From: Candidatus Micrarchaeota archaeon
Lineage (GTDB): Archaea; Micrarchaeota; Micrarchaeia; Anstonellales; Anstonellaceae
Length of the DNA: 22,695 bases
Assembly: GCA_013331805.1 (NCBI GenBank)
Contig: DUFS01000020.1
Coordinates: 8,715-31,409, forward strand
Reading direction: 5' to 3'
Positions within the stretch are counted from its first letter, which is position 1, and each line of letters starts with the position of its first letter. The notes beneath the pieces were generated by a model. The model was not told where the DNA came from. It did no database searches and saw only the letters and a program-made list of their open reading frames with translations. The position numbers and the translations under genes are program-made. Shown here one piece after another: positions 8,006 through 16,733 of this stretch.

Positions 8006-8995
8006 ATGGCTACCTACTCCTCGTCTGGCGTGGACATCCGGAAAGTGAAGGGGATGCACACTTTGATAAACGATGCCATTTTCCAGAAGCTGCCGAATTA
8101 CGTTCTGCCCATTAAGGGGCACTATGCAGGGATTTTCAGGTCAGGCAAGGAGACGCTTGCAGTCCACTGCGACGGGGTGGGAAGCAAGGTGCTGGTCGCA
8201 GGCGAGCTTGGGAAGTTCGACACAGTGGGAATAGACTGCGTGGCAATGAACGTGAATGACCTCATTTGCGTAGGGGCAAGGCCGCTTGTGCTGGTGGACT
8301 ACCTTGCGCTTGCAAAGGAGGATGCGCAACTTGTTGGCGAAATAATGAAAGGCCTTCAAAAAGGCGCTTCTGAAGCGCTTTGCGCAATTGTCGGGGGCGA
8401 AACCGCGATATTGCCAGACATGATCAAAGGGGGCAGGAGGCCCTTTGACCTTGCAGCCACTTCGGTTGGCGTGATAAAGGGTGAGCCCCTGACCGGGGCA
8501 TTGATGAACGAAGGAGACGTGATTGTTGGCTTGGAAAGCTCGGGCATACACTCCAACGGCTACACGCTTGCCAGGCGAGTCCTTGATGCGAAGAAGTGGG
8601 GAAAGGAGATGCTGGAGCCCACCAGGATTTACGTCAAGCCTGTGCTGGAAATGCTTGCTGTTTGCGAAATTCACGGGTTGGCGCACATCACCGGAGGAGC
8701 CTTCTCCAAGCTAAGGCGCATAGGCGACTATGCCAATGTGGGGTTCCTGCTTGACAGCATGCCAAAAACATCAGGGGTGATGGCAGAGCTTGAGAAAAAG
8801 GTCGCTTCGGACTATGAATTTTACCGCACATTCAATGCAGGAGTGGGCATGTGTGTGGTCTGCCCGAAAAAAGATGCGGCAAACGTCATCGCCATTGCCA
8901 AAAAACATAAAATTGGCGCGCAAATTGTCGGAAGGATTGCGGAAGGGAATGACGTGGTGCTTCAGAAGGGCGGAAAAAAGATTTCTCTTCTTTAG
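8006..8995 (+). CDS. purM: phosphoribosylformylglycinamidine cyclo-ligase (AIR synthetase)
   Basis: TYSSSGVDI, DGVGSK, GIDCVAMNVND, GGETA, SSGIHSNGYTL, AHITGG, RTFNAGVG. Confidence 0.97.
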   Translation: MATYSSSGVDIRKVKGMHTLINDAIFQKLPNYVLPIKGHYAGIFRSGKETLAVHCDGVGSKVLVAGELGKFDTVGIDCVAMNVNDLICVGARPLVLVDYLALAKEDAQLVGEIMKGLQKGASEALCAIVGGETAILPDMIKGGRRPFDLAATSVGVIKGEPLTGALMNEGDVIVGLESSGIHSNGYTLARRVLDAKKWGKEMLEPTRIYVKPVLEMLAVCEIHGLAHITGGAFSKLRRIGDYANVGFLLDSMPKTSGVMAELEKKVASDYEFYRTFNAGVGMCVVCPKKDAANVIAIAKKHKIGAQIVGRIAEGNDVVLQKGGKKISLL

Positions 8996-9003
8996 AACGC
9001 CCA

Positions 9004-9657
9004 TTAGCGCTCGGAGTGACCGACCAGGGGAACGAAAACAACGGGCAGCAAGGTCTTTATCATCACATCATCCGCAGTTTTTTCGACGAGCAGCAACTCC
9101 TGGAAATGCATGCCAACCGGGATGAGCATCTTGCCTCCAGTTTTCAGCTGTTTTATCAGTGCCGGGGGGATGCTTTCTGATGCGGCTGTGACCAGAATCT
9201 TGTCATAGGGCGCTCCGGCAGCATAGCCCTGCCTTCCGTCCGACTCGATGACTGATGCTTCCAGCCCCGCCTTTGCAATGTTCCTCCTGGCAGATTCTGC
9301 AAGGGAATGCACGACCTCCAGAGAGTAGACCTTGCCTGCCTTGCCGACCAGGAAGGAAAGAAGCGCTGCCCCATAGCCTGACCCGGTCCCGATTTCAAGC
9401 ACCCGCTCGCCAGCCAACACATTGGCGTTCTCCAGCATGATCGCATACATGTGGGGGGCGGATATTGTCTGGTTGCAGCCTATGGGAAGCGGGTGGTCGC
9501 CCCATGCATAAGGCCTCATCTGAAGGGGAACGAAATCCTCGCGCCTTATTGCCCTCATTGCCTTGATCACCCTGTCTGATTTAAGGTAGCCATCTGAAAT
9601 GAGCCGTGCAATCGTTTCATCGTATGACAAGTCGGTTGCCCCGTGCGAGCCTCCCAT
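9004..9657 (-). CDS. pcm: protein-L-isoaspartate O-methyltransferase
   Basis: QTISAPHM, VLEIGTGSGY, APYDKILVTAA, QLKTGGKMLIPVG, VVFVPL. Confidence 0.95.
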   Translation of the reverse strand: MGGSHGATDLSYDETIARLISDGYLKSDRVIKAMRAIRREDFVPLQMRPYAWGDHPLPIGCNQTISAPHMYAIMLENANVLAGERVLEIGTGSGYGAALLSFLVGKAGKVYSLEVVHSLAESARRNIAKAGLEASVIESDGRQGYAAGAPYDKILVTAASESIPPALIKQLKTGGKMLIPVGMHFQELLLVEKTADDVMIKTLLPVVFVPLVGHSER

Positions 9658-10638
9658 TCAGGCGACTTCGTCAATTCTCCAGCAGCCATTAGGCTTTAGT
9701 GCATCAACCTTTTCCCTCTTTCCCCTGTTCCACTCGGATTGCGCGGTGTAGGCTATCATGGCGCCGTTGTCCGCGTTGTATTCTGGCGCAATCACGCCGA
9801 AGACTGCCCCCTGCTCCTTGCATAAAAGCGAGAGCATTTTGCAGAAGCGCGCATTCTGCGCCACCCCTCCGCACACCGTGACCTCTTTTTTTGAAGTGAG
9901 GCACAATGCGCGCTCGGCAGCCTCGCAAAGCTCGGCAAAGGAAGTTTCCAGAAGCGAGCGGCAGATGTCCTCCTTGCTTTGTTTCCCCATGGAGCGGACA
10001 GCCGAGGTGAGCAGGCCTGCGAATGCGAAGTTCATGCCCTTCACCGTGTAGGGTAGGGGGAAGTACCGCCCGCGACTGGCAAGCTTGGCGACCTCGGATC
10101 CGTGCGGGTACTCGAACTCCGCCTCGCGCGCGAATACATCGAAGAGGTTGCCCAATCCCATGTCAAGCGTTTCGCCAAGCACTCTGAAGCGTGAATGGCC
10201 CTTTGCAATCTTCCTGTTTTCGGTAATGATTTGCGTGTTGGCGCCGCTCACGTAAACGTAGAGAGGGTCTTCCATGCCCAATAAGCCGCGCGAAATTTCA
10301 AGGTGCGCATGGCAGTGGTTTATCCCAAGCAGGGGCTTATCGTAAAATGATGCAAGGTATTTTGCCCCTGCACAGGAAACGCGGAGGCACTGGCCTATGC
10401 CAGGCCCCTGAGAAAAGGAGAAAAGGTCGATGTCGGCAAGCGAGACTTTTGCCAGAGACAGCGCTTCGCGCAGGACCAGGCCGAACGCATCTGCGTGGTG
10501 GTCCGCAGCAGCCCTGGGGAGTATGCCCTGCCCAGAAGGAGGCTTGTACATGCGCAGGGCATTGGAGAGTATTTCCCCCCCTTTGACTATGCCGATGCCA
10601 AGCGTGTGCGCAGTGCTCTCGATGCCAAGGCTGATCAT
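9658..10638 (-). CDS. kae1: tRNA N6-threonylcarbamoyladenosine synthase Kae1 (KEOPS), not fused to Bud32
   Basis: LGIESTAHT, SQGPG, NHCHAH, SGANT, GETLD, LPYTVKGM, GGVAQN, DNGAMIA. Start at ATG 10638 overlaps the upstream stop (ATGA). Confidence 0.95.
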   Translation of the reverse strand: MISLGIESTAHTLGIGIVKGGEILSNALRMYKPPSGQGILPRAAADHHADAFGLVLREALSLAKVSLADIDLFSFSQGPGIGQCLRVSCAGAKYLASFYDKPLLGINHCHAHLEISRGLLGMEDPLYVYVSGANTQIITENRKIAKGHSRFRVLGETLDMGLGNLFDVFAREAEFEYPHGSEVAKLASRGRYFPLPYTVKGMNFAFAGLLTSAVRSMGKQSKEDICRSLLETSFAELCEAAERALCLTSKKEVTVCGGVAQNARFCKMLSLLCKEQGAVFGVIAPEYNADNGAMIAYTAQSEWNRGKREKVDALKPNGCWRIDEVA

Positions 10639-11270
10639 AGAAACACCGTGGAGACAATGGACAGGAAGTTGAAGGTGGAATGGGCGATTATTGCTGGAAT
10701 GAGCGAGCCTGTCTTTTGCGTAAACGCGCAGAACACCAGCGCGATCAGGAAGGCGACGATTATTTCCGCAACAGAGCCGTAAAGCAGGTGCAACGAGGCA
10801 AAAATGGCTGAAGACAGCAGAGCCCCCAGGATCCATGAACTTGATTTGTCAGATATCTTCCTGAACAGGTAGCCCCTGAAAAGCGCCTCCTCGCCCACCG
10901 GGGCGATTGTGAACGCCAGGACCAGCGCAAGCGCAGGAAGCGATGCTATTTTTTCCCCGACCAAGCCTGCGTCAAGGTAGCCAAGAAAATAAAGCGCAAC
11001 AGTTGCTGCCGCAGTCACAGATATTGAAACGGCAAGAGCCGCGATGCCCCAGAGAAAAAGCCCTGGCAGATCCTTTCTCCGCGGGTTCAATCGCAGGTAG
11101 GAAAGCCCTTTTGCAAAGCCCTTGCCATAGGAGGAAAGGAAAAGAGCGGCCATGAAGAATGAGACTGAAGTGTAGTAGATGCTGGAGCCGGTTTTGCCAA
11201 AAGGAAAAACGGTTATGGACGCAAGAAGGAAAACAAAAAGGGCGAGCAATGTTTGAGCAGGGTTGCCCAC
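10635..11270 (-). CDS. CPBP (CAAX/Abi) family intramembrane metalloprotease
   Basis: APVGEEALFRG, FASLH, IIAHSTFN, several TM segments; GTG start at 11270 after AGGTG. Confidence 0.9.
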   Translation of the reverse strand: MGNPAQTLLALFVFLLASITVFPFGKTGSSIYYTSVSFFMAALFLSSYGKGFAKGLSYLRLNPRRKDLPGLFLWGIAALAVSISVTAAATVALYFLGYLDAGLVGEKIASLPALALVLAFTIAPVGEEALFRGYLFRKISDKSSSWILGALLSSAIFASLHLLYGSVAEIIVAFLIALVFCAFTQKTGSLIPAIIAHSTFNFLSIVSTVFL

Positions 11271-11280
11271 GGCAGCACAC

Positions 11281-11427
11281 CTATTTTCTCTCAAAATAGC
11301 CGCATTTCCCGCATGCGCGCCTGTCCTTGTGTTCAGCCAGCCTAACGCCCGGGCCGCACTTTGGGCACAGCCTTCCTGGGGAGAATTTCTTGAACGATTT
11401 TGCCGTTTTTGCTTTTGGATCAGACAT
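11281..11427 (-). CDS. rps27ae: 30S ribosomal protein S27ae (48 aa; absent from the ORF track)
   Basis: Hand translation [48 protein letters not shown]; follows S24e as in the conserved operon. Confidence 0.95.
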   Translation of the reverse strand: MSDPKAKTAKSFKKFSPGRLCPKCGPGVRLAEHKDRRACGKCGYFERK

Positions 11428-11441
11428 GGAAAATCAACCCC

Positions 11442-11759
11442 TTACTTTTTCCCCTTGGACTTTGCCTGCGATTTTTTCTGCTTCTCGGCAAGGCCGTCCC
11501 GCACCAGCAGGTGCTTGCGCTCCACTGAAAAGGCTTCCTTGCTTTTGTAGGCATGCGCCTTTACCTCCGCCTTGCAGGTCCCAAACCCGCCCTTTGCAGA
11601 AACTATCACCAGAAGCTCCAGCGGGGAGCCTGAGGCAGCCGCAATTGCTTCGCGAAGCTCCTTCCTGGAAGGCATAGCCTTTTCGAATGACACCTCGCAG
11701 AACAGCTCCTGTCTTTGGAGCGATGGATTTTCCCGTTTTTCCTTTATTGTCACGTCCAT
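11442..11759 (-). CDS. rps24e: 30S ribosomal protein S24e
   Basis: ENPSLQRQEL, PSRKELR, GGFG, AHAY; adjacent to S27ae. Confidence 0.92.
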   Translation of the reverse strand: MDVTIKEKRENPSLQRQELFCEVSFEKAMPSRKELREAIAAASGSPLELLVIVSAKGGFGTCKAEVKAHAYKSKEAFSVERKHLLVRDGLAEKQKKSQAKSKGKK

Positions 11760-11768
11760 GGCAGCACC

Positions 11769-12158
11769 CTAATGAATCCTTGTTATCGTTTTCCTGTCCA
11801 TTGCGCACATCAGGTCGGCTTCCTTGCCCGCAGCAGCGTCCTTCAGAAGCTCAGGGGGGATGGTGAGCTCGAACACCTCGTATGTCGTGGTGTCCATGAG
11901 CTGCGCGGTGTTCCCGTTGACTGCGACTATCTGGGCGGTTTGCCGCTCGATTATGGGCACCTCCACGTCCGCGTCCGAAGGGACCAGGAGCTGCTTTTTC
12001 TGCCCGTCGAAAACCCCAATGCCCGTAACCCGCATCTTTGCAGCCCCGTGCTTTCCCGGCTTTGAAGAGTCGATGTTGACTATCCTGCAGGGAATGTCCT
12101 CGATTATTACGTACTTGCCCTCCTTCAGTTCCTTTGCTGAAGAGAATATCTTGCTCAT
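11769..12158 (-). CDS. eif5a: translation factor aIF5A
   Basis: Hypusine motif SKPGKHGAAK; start at ATG 12158 after AGGCGGTG. Confidence 0.96.
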   Translation of the reverse strand: MSKIFSSAKELKEGKYVIIEDIPCRIVNIDSSKPGKHGAAKMRVTGIGVFDGQKKQLLVPSDADVEVPIIERQTAQIVAVNGNTAQLMDTTTYEVFELTIPPELLKDAAAGKEADLMCAMDRKTITRIH

Positions 12159-12314
12159 GGATGCACCGCCTTTCTCCGCAGAATGAAGAGAACGCACCTT
12201 ATTGCCCCGAATTGTTTAAAAAGCCATTTCCCAAGTCTTTGCCTTTCAAATCTGTCTTATTTATCCCTTTTTAACCACCATATTTAAATACCCTATGTTA
12301 TATAAAATGGAAAT

Positions 12315-12494
12315 ATGGTAGACGAATCCGAACACGGACCTTCACTGGCATTCGAATGCAGGGGAGGCGGGCTTAAGGTAAAGCTAGAGGACGCTTCGCT
12401 TCGCGTCAAATACAGGGGAGTAACCTACTTCGTGTCAGAGGCTCCCTCGGTCACAACCGGGGGCAAGAAGCACTTCGTTCAGGAGATAGTCTAA
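12315..12494 (+). CDS. 59-aa small protein, degenerate YHS/TRASH-like (absent from the ORF track)
   Basis: MVDESEHGPSLAFECRGGGLKVKLEDASLRVKYRGVTYFVSEAPSVTTGGKKHFVQEIV; TATTTAAATA at 12281-12290; fills the gap and stops 3 nt from the convergent gene. Confidence 0.65.
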   Translation: MVDESEHGPSLAFECRGGGLKVKLEDASLRVKYRGVTYFVSEAPSVTTGGKKHFVQEIV

Positions 12495-12497
12495 TTT

Positions 12498-13472
12498 TCA
12501 GGCCTTTTTCAGCGCTCCATATGCCGGCATCCAACCCTCTTCGGAAAAGAGCACATGCTCGCAATTTTTCACAACGTTCGGGAAGCGCTCACGGAGCTCG
12601 GAAATTATCTGGTTGAACTGCTGATAATTCTCCACCACGAACTCGAACTCCGCCTCCCAGGGGGCAAGGCTTCGGATGTAATAGACCGAATTCTTGTGCT
12701 GGCGCATCCATTCGCGCAAGGAAAGCTCCTGCCTCCTGGAAAGCGACTTGAAGTAGATAATGGCCTTGAAGAACATGTAGCCAAGCTTGTTCAAGTCTAC
12801 TGAAATCCGGTATGAGAGTATAATTTCACCCTCCTCCATGGACTTCATGCGTCTGCGCACCGATTCTACGGAAGCTCCGGTTTTTCTTACAAGCTGGACC
12901 ATTGGGATCCGCGCGTCATTTGCGATTATATCCAGTATCCCCAAGTCTATTTCATCAAGCGTGTTGGAATAAGTGTTTCCTCCAAACCCCCCATTCTCAC
13001 GCGGATCGGTTTCGCAGAAGTATTTCTTGTTGTACTGGATCGTATCCACCATCACGCCCAGCACCTTGCGGATGATAAGGTGCCTCCACTGCGAGCAGAT
13101 TGAGTTTATTTCATCGTAGTATTCTGTCACGTTCCTGGAGAGGATGGCGAATATGCAGTCAAACGCCCCGTCGCAGATTCCGTACCAGTAAATGCGCCTG
13201 CTGCTGCGGAGAAAGGAGTAGAACTTCTGTCGCTCAGAGGGCAAGTTCTCAAGCTGGAGGTAAACCTTGAACATGTGCCAGCCAAACCTGTTGGGGTTTA
13301 TTGCAGTCAGGTAGCCAGTGATCACGCCGTTCTTCTCAAGCTGGCGTATGCGGTAGCGCACCGTTTCCCGGCTTTTCCTCACCCTCTTCGCAAGCTTGGT
13401 GTCGGAAATGCGGCAGTTGACATCAAGCTCGGCAAGTATGCGCCTGTCGGTAAGGTCCAACAATTCAGCCAT
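12498..13472 (-). CDS. Lrp/AsnC-family transcriptional regulator with two tandem HTH + effector units
   Basis: LDLTDRRILAELDVNCRISDTKLAKRV...TVRYRIRQLEKNGVI and LDEIDLGILDIIANDARIPMVQLVRKTG...SVRRRMKSMEEGEII. Confidence 0.9.
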   Translation of the reverse strand: MAELLDLTDRRILAELDVNCRISDTKLAKRVRKSRETVRYRIRQLEKNGVITGYLTAINPNRFGWHMFKVYLQLENLPSERQKFYSFLRSSRRIYWYGICDGAFDCIFAILSRNVTEYYDEINSICSQWRHLIIRKVLGVMVDTIQYNKKYFCETDPRENGGFGGNTYSNTLDEIDLGILDIIANDARIPMVQLVRKTGASVESVRRRMKSMEEGEIILSYRISVDLNKLGYMFFKAIIYFKSLSRRQELSLREWMRQHKNSVYYIRSLAPWEAEFEFVVENYQQFNQIISELRERFPNVVKNCEHVLFSEEGWMPAYGALKKA

Positions 13473-13567
13473 ATTTTTCCTATTTGTATTGAAAAATATA
13501 TAAATTCACATTTTTCGGTCAAATTTTGCCAAGAATTTTAATATATGTTCAGTGGCAAATGGAAATC
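13471..13567. promoter_or_regulatory. divergent promoter region with two TATA boxes and inverted repeats (candidate operator)
   Basis: TTTATA on minus (13499-13504), TTTTAATATA on plus (13536-13545), each 26 nt from its ATG; IR ATATTTTTC-N11-GAAAAATAT (13471-13499). Confidence 0.6.
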
Positions 13568-15148
13568 ATGGAAAGTGGAAAATTCAACTACGAATCAGTC
13601 GACTCTGCTTGGAGGGCGACCTGCAAGGTGCTCTTCGGAAGGGAAGTTGGCAGCCTTAGGGGATTCGAGCCATATTTGAAGGAGGCAATGCTGCCCTGGA
13701 CAGTGACGAAGTCGAGTTTTTCCGGAAAAGACGTCTATCTTTCCAACCCCCACTACGAGAAGGGCGCTAGATTTGCAACTCCAGACGAAGCAAAGGCGAA
13801 CAAGCAAAAAACATTCAGCATAAACGACATAAAGGACATCGACTCGCTATTCCGCGTTGCATCCGAAAACATGGTCTACTGCGGCAACAAGGTTTTTGGC
13901 AAGAACCTGAACATCGAATTGGTGGACAATGCGATTGACTGCGTGGACGTATACCACGCGCACAATGTTAGGAATGTGAAAAAGAGCGCATATATTTCGC
14001 ACGTAAGGGAATCCGAGCATGTGTTCGGCATACCGGCCTTCCCGAAAATTCAATTCTCCATCCGCTGCTTCGAGGGCATAAACGCGCAGAGGATGTTCGA
14101 GTCGTTCTACACCAACTATTCTTCGGACATGTACTATTCGTTCAACTGCTCCAACTGCTCTGACTGCATGTTTGGGTTCAACCTGCGGGGCAAAAGGCAT
14201 GTAATTGGCAACTTGCAGCTGCCGCCGGACAAATACTCCATCCTTAAAAGGAAACTTCTTTCCGAGCTCGCAGAAGGGCTTGAGAAAAAAAAGAGGCTGT
14301 TTTCGATTTGCGATTTTGCCAGGATGAATGACGGGATTGCCTTGCAGGATGTTGAGCCCGGCGAGCCCATACCAACGCAACCTGCTTCTGCCGGAGTGCA
14401 AAGGGCTTTTTCTGAGACCACTAAAATAGTGCTTGGCGCAGAGCAGAGGAAAATCGAGGATTTTGCGCCTTATCTTATGCGGCACGCACTGCCTGTCTGG
14501 AAGGTTAAGGGCAAATTCGGTTCGAAAACCTATAGGCTGGACATGCCCTTGGTGAAGGATTTGCCCAACTGTTGCCTGTGCACGCTTCAGGAGGCGCTCA
14601 ATAACAACAGGCCATATATCGCCAAATCCGATGCAGAGCTTCCTATCCGTGCGCTTGCCAAAAAAGTATCGCAGAAGGCGGCAATTACACTTGAGATGCT
14701 GGAGGGATCCTGCAGGGACATTGTGGATGTCTCGCAGGCAATAGATTCGACTGACATATACTGCATGTGGGATTGCACCACTTCCACGCGCTCGGGCTGC
14801 TACACCGCAGTCATCCAGTCGCAGTACATTTTCGGCGGCTATCTGCGGGCCCTTGACTCGGAATTCTGCATAAACCTGTACGATTCAACCAAAGTGAAGC
14901 GCTGTTTCGAGGTCGACTCCTGTTCCCAGTCAAACTCCTGCTACTTTTGCCACAATGTCGAGGGCTGTGAGGACTGCATCTTCTGCTGCAACGTGAAGGG
15001 CTTGCATTACGCGGTGTTCAACAAGGAGCTTCCGAAAGAGGAGTACCTCCGCATAAAGAGGATGCTGCTGGACTACGTGAACCTCGAGCTTTCGAAGAAG
15101 AAAAGGCTGGAAAGGTCAGTTTTCAGCTTGGATAAGAAAATGGGTTAA
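13568..15148 (+). CDS. hypothetical Cys-rich protein with internal two-fold duplication (probable beta-helix repeats)
   Basis: Long ORF; paired motifs NCSNCSDCMFGFNLRGKRHVIGNLQLPPDKY / NVEGCEDCIFCCNVKGLHYAVFNKELPKEEY. Start chosen by TATA spacing (13559 is the alternative). Confidence 0.85.
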   Translation: MESGKFNYESVDSAWRATCKVLFGREVGSLRGFEPYLKEAMLPWTVTKSSFSGKDVYLSNPHYEKGARFATPDEAKANKQKTFSINDIKDIDSLFRVASENMVYCGNKVFGKNLNIELVDNAIDCVDVYHAHNVRNVKKSAYISHVRESEHVFGIPAFPKIQFSIRCFEGINAQRMFESFYTNYSSDMYYSFNCSNCSDCMFGFNLRGKRHVIGNLQLPPDKYSILKRKLLSELAEGLEKKKRLFSICDFARMNDGIALQDVEPGEPIPTQPASAGVQRAFSETTKIVLGAEQRKIEDFAPYLMRHALPVWKVKGKFGSKTYRLDMPLVKDLPNCCLCTLQEALNNNRPYIAKSDAELPIRALAKKVSQKAAITLEMLEGSCRDIVDVSQAIDSTDIYCMWDCTTSTRSGCYTAVIQSQYIFGGYLRALDSEFCINLYDSTKVKRCFEVDSCSQSNSCYFCHNVEGCEDCIFCCNVKGLHYAVFNKELPKEEYLRIKRMLLDYVNLELSKKKRLERSVFSLDKKMG

Positions 15149-15173
15149 AAATCCCTGCTCCGAATTCATACGC

Positions 15174-16733
15174 ATGGCACAGGTAAACTTCCCATTTTCA
15201 GACCTTCGCGAGCTTCTCAGCGTCAAAAAGGAATGGGCAATGGAAACGCTCACCATGCTGGGCTTTCCTGCAGAGGTGACCGAAACTGGGGAGCTTTCGG
15301 TGGAAGTCACCCCCAACAGGCCGGACTGCCTTTGCGTGGAGGGGCTGGCAAGGACTCTGCGCTGCTACATGACTGGCAGGCCAGCCAAATTCATTGTGTC
15401 AGGGGTGAAAGTGGCAGTCACCGTGGATAAGACAGTATCAGATGTGAGGCCTTTTTTCGGAGCAGCTGTTGTGCACGACATTAAAATGACCGAAAGTTTC
15501 CTCCGCTCACTAATGCAGGTCCAGGAAAAGCTGCATGAGACGCTTGGAAGGAAGCGAAAGAAAGTGGCAATAGGCATACACGACATGGACAGGGTGGAAA
15601 TGCCGTTCCGCTACTTTGCCTGCGGCAGGAAGGACATTTCTTTCGTGCCACTTGAAATGGAAAAGAAGATGACTCCTGAGGAAATCCTGCAAAAGCACCC
15701 CAAGGGAACGGAGTACGCTCACCTGGTGGGCAAGCTCTGCCCCATGATAACTGACAGGAACGGCCTTGTGCTCTCATTCCCGCCGATAATAAACGGGGAG
15801 CTGACCAAGCTCACTTTGAAAACCAGGAACCTTTTCATCGACTGCACCGGAACTTCGGAAACTGCTGTGAGGCAGGCAGTCAACATACTCTGCGCCATGC
15901 TGTCCGAGCGCGGCGGAAAAATCGAGGAAGCCAAGATAAACGGCAAGCCCTATGACTTGCTTCTGGAAACGAAATGGGTTTTGCCGCTGAAAAAAACAGA
16001 GCAGCTTCTCGGCACCAGGATGGGAAGCGCAAAACTGAAGGGGCTGCTTGCAAAAATGGGCTTTCGGCCAAGCGGAAATGCGATTTTCGCGCCAGGCTAC
16101 CGCGCGGACGTTATTGACGAGGTGGACCTCATTGAGGATGCGGCAATTGCATTTGGCTTCAACAACTTCGAGCCGAGCTTTCCTGAATTTTCATCTTTCG
16201 GATCATCAAGTGCCGAAAAGCCCCTGCACGAGCTTTTGGTCGGCCTCGGGTACGACGAAGTGATGACCTGGACGCTTTCCAACAGGGAATTGGAAAGAAA
16301 AGCATGCCTCCCGGCTTCCCGGCACGTGGAAATCGAAAACCCCCTTACCGAAGATTTCACCATTTTCAGGCCCAGCCTGCTCCCCAACCTGCTCGCTGTG
16401 CTTTCGGAGAGCAGGAACGAAAAGCTGCCCATCAGGATATACGAGGCAGGCCCGGTTGCCGCCCCCGCACTCGAGGATTCGGTTTGCATGGCCTCAATGC
16501 ACGCCCGCGCCTCCTTCTCTGAAATTAAGGGCGCTGTGCTTTCGCTTGCAGAAGCATTGGGCAGGAAGGCAGAAATTAAGGCAAAGGACTTTCCATGCTT
16601 TATCCCCGGCAGATGTGCCGAGCTTTTGCTGGATGGGAAACCCTGCGGCTTTTTCGGGGAAATTTCGCCAGAGGTGCTTTCGAACTTCAGCCTGGAGCAG
16701 CCCGTTTGCGCGGCCGTATTGAAAGGAGCCTAG
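15174..16733 (+). CDS. pheT: phenylalanyl-tRNA synthetase beta subunit (archaeal type)
   Basis: EVTPNRPDCL, QEKLHETLGRKRKKVAIGIHD, LSFPPIIN, YRADVIDEVDLIEDAAIAFGFN, NPLTEDF, FIPGRCA. Confidence 0.97.
   Translation: MAQVNFPFSDLRELLSVKKEWAMETLTMLGFPAEVTETGELSVEVTPNRPDCLCVEGLARTLRCYMTGRPAKFIVSGVKVAVTVDKTVSDVRPFFGAAVVHDIKMTESFLRSLMQVQEKLHETLGRKRKKVAIGIHDMDRVEMPFRYFACGRKDISFVPLEMEKKMTPEEILQKHPKGTEYAHLVGKLCPMITDRNGLVLSFPPIINGELTKLTLKTRNLFIDCTGTSETAVRQAVNILCAMLSERGGKIEEAKINGKPYDLLLETKWVLPLKKTEQLLGTRMGSAKLKGLLAKMGFRPSGNAIFAPGYRADVIDEVDLIEDAAIAFGFNNFEPSFPEFSSFGSSSAEKPLHELLVGLGYDEVMTWTLSNRELERKACLPASRHVEIENPLTEDFTIFRPSLLPNLLAVLSESRNEKLPIRIYEAGPVAAPALEDSVCMASMHARASFSEIKGAVLSLAEALGRKAEIKAKDFPCFIPGRCAELLLDGKPCGFFGEISPEVLSNFSLEQPVCAAVLKGA

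Noticed and set aside
10639..10836. N-terminal extension of Kae1
   Set aside because: Out-of-frame read through the CPBP gene; Kae1 homology begins at 10638
12160..12314. AT-rich intergenic stretch as ncRNA, tRNA or replication origin
   Set aside because: No cloverleaf, ORB-like repeats or strong stems; explained by divergent promoters for aIF5A and the 59-aa ORF
13847..14485. 212-aa antisense ORF, and the many similar shadow ORFs opposite purD, purM, ftsY and L31e
   Set aside because: They lie wholly opposite well-supported genes and show no motifs; expected at this GC content
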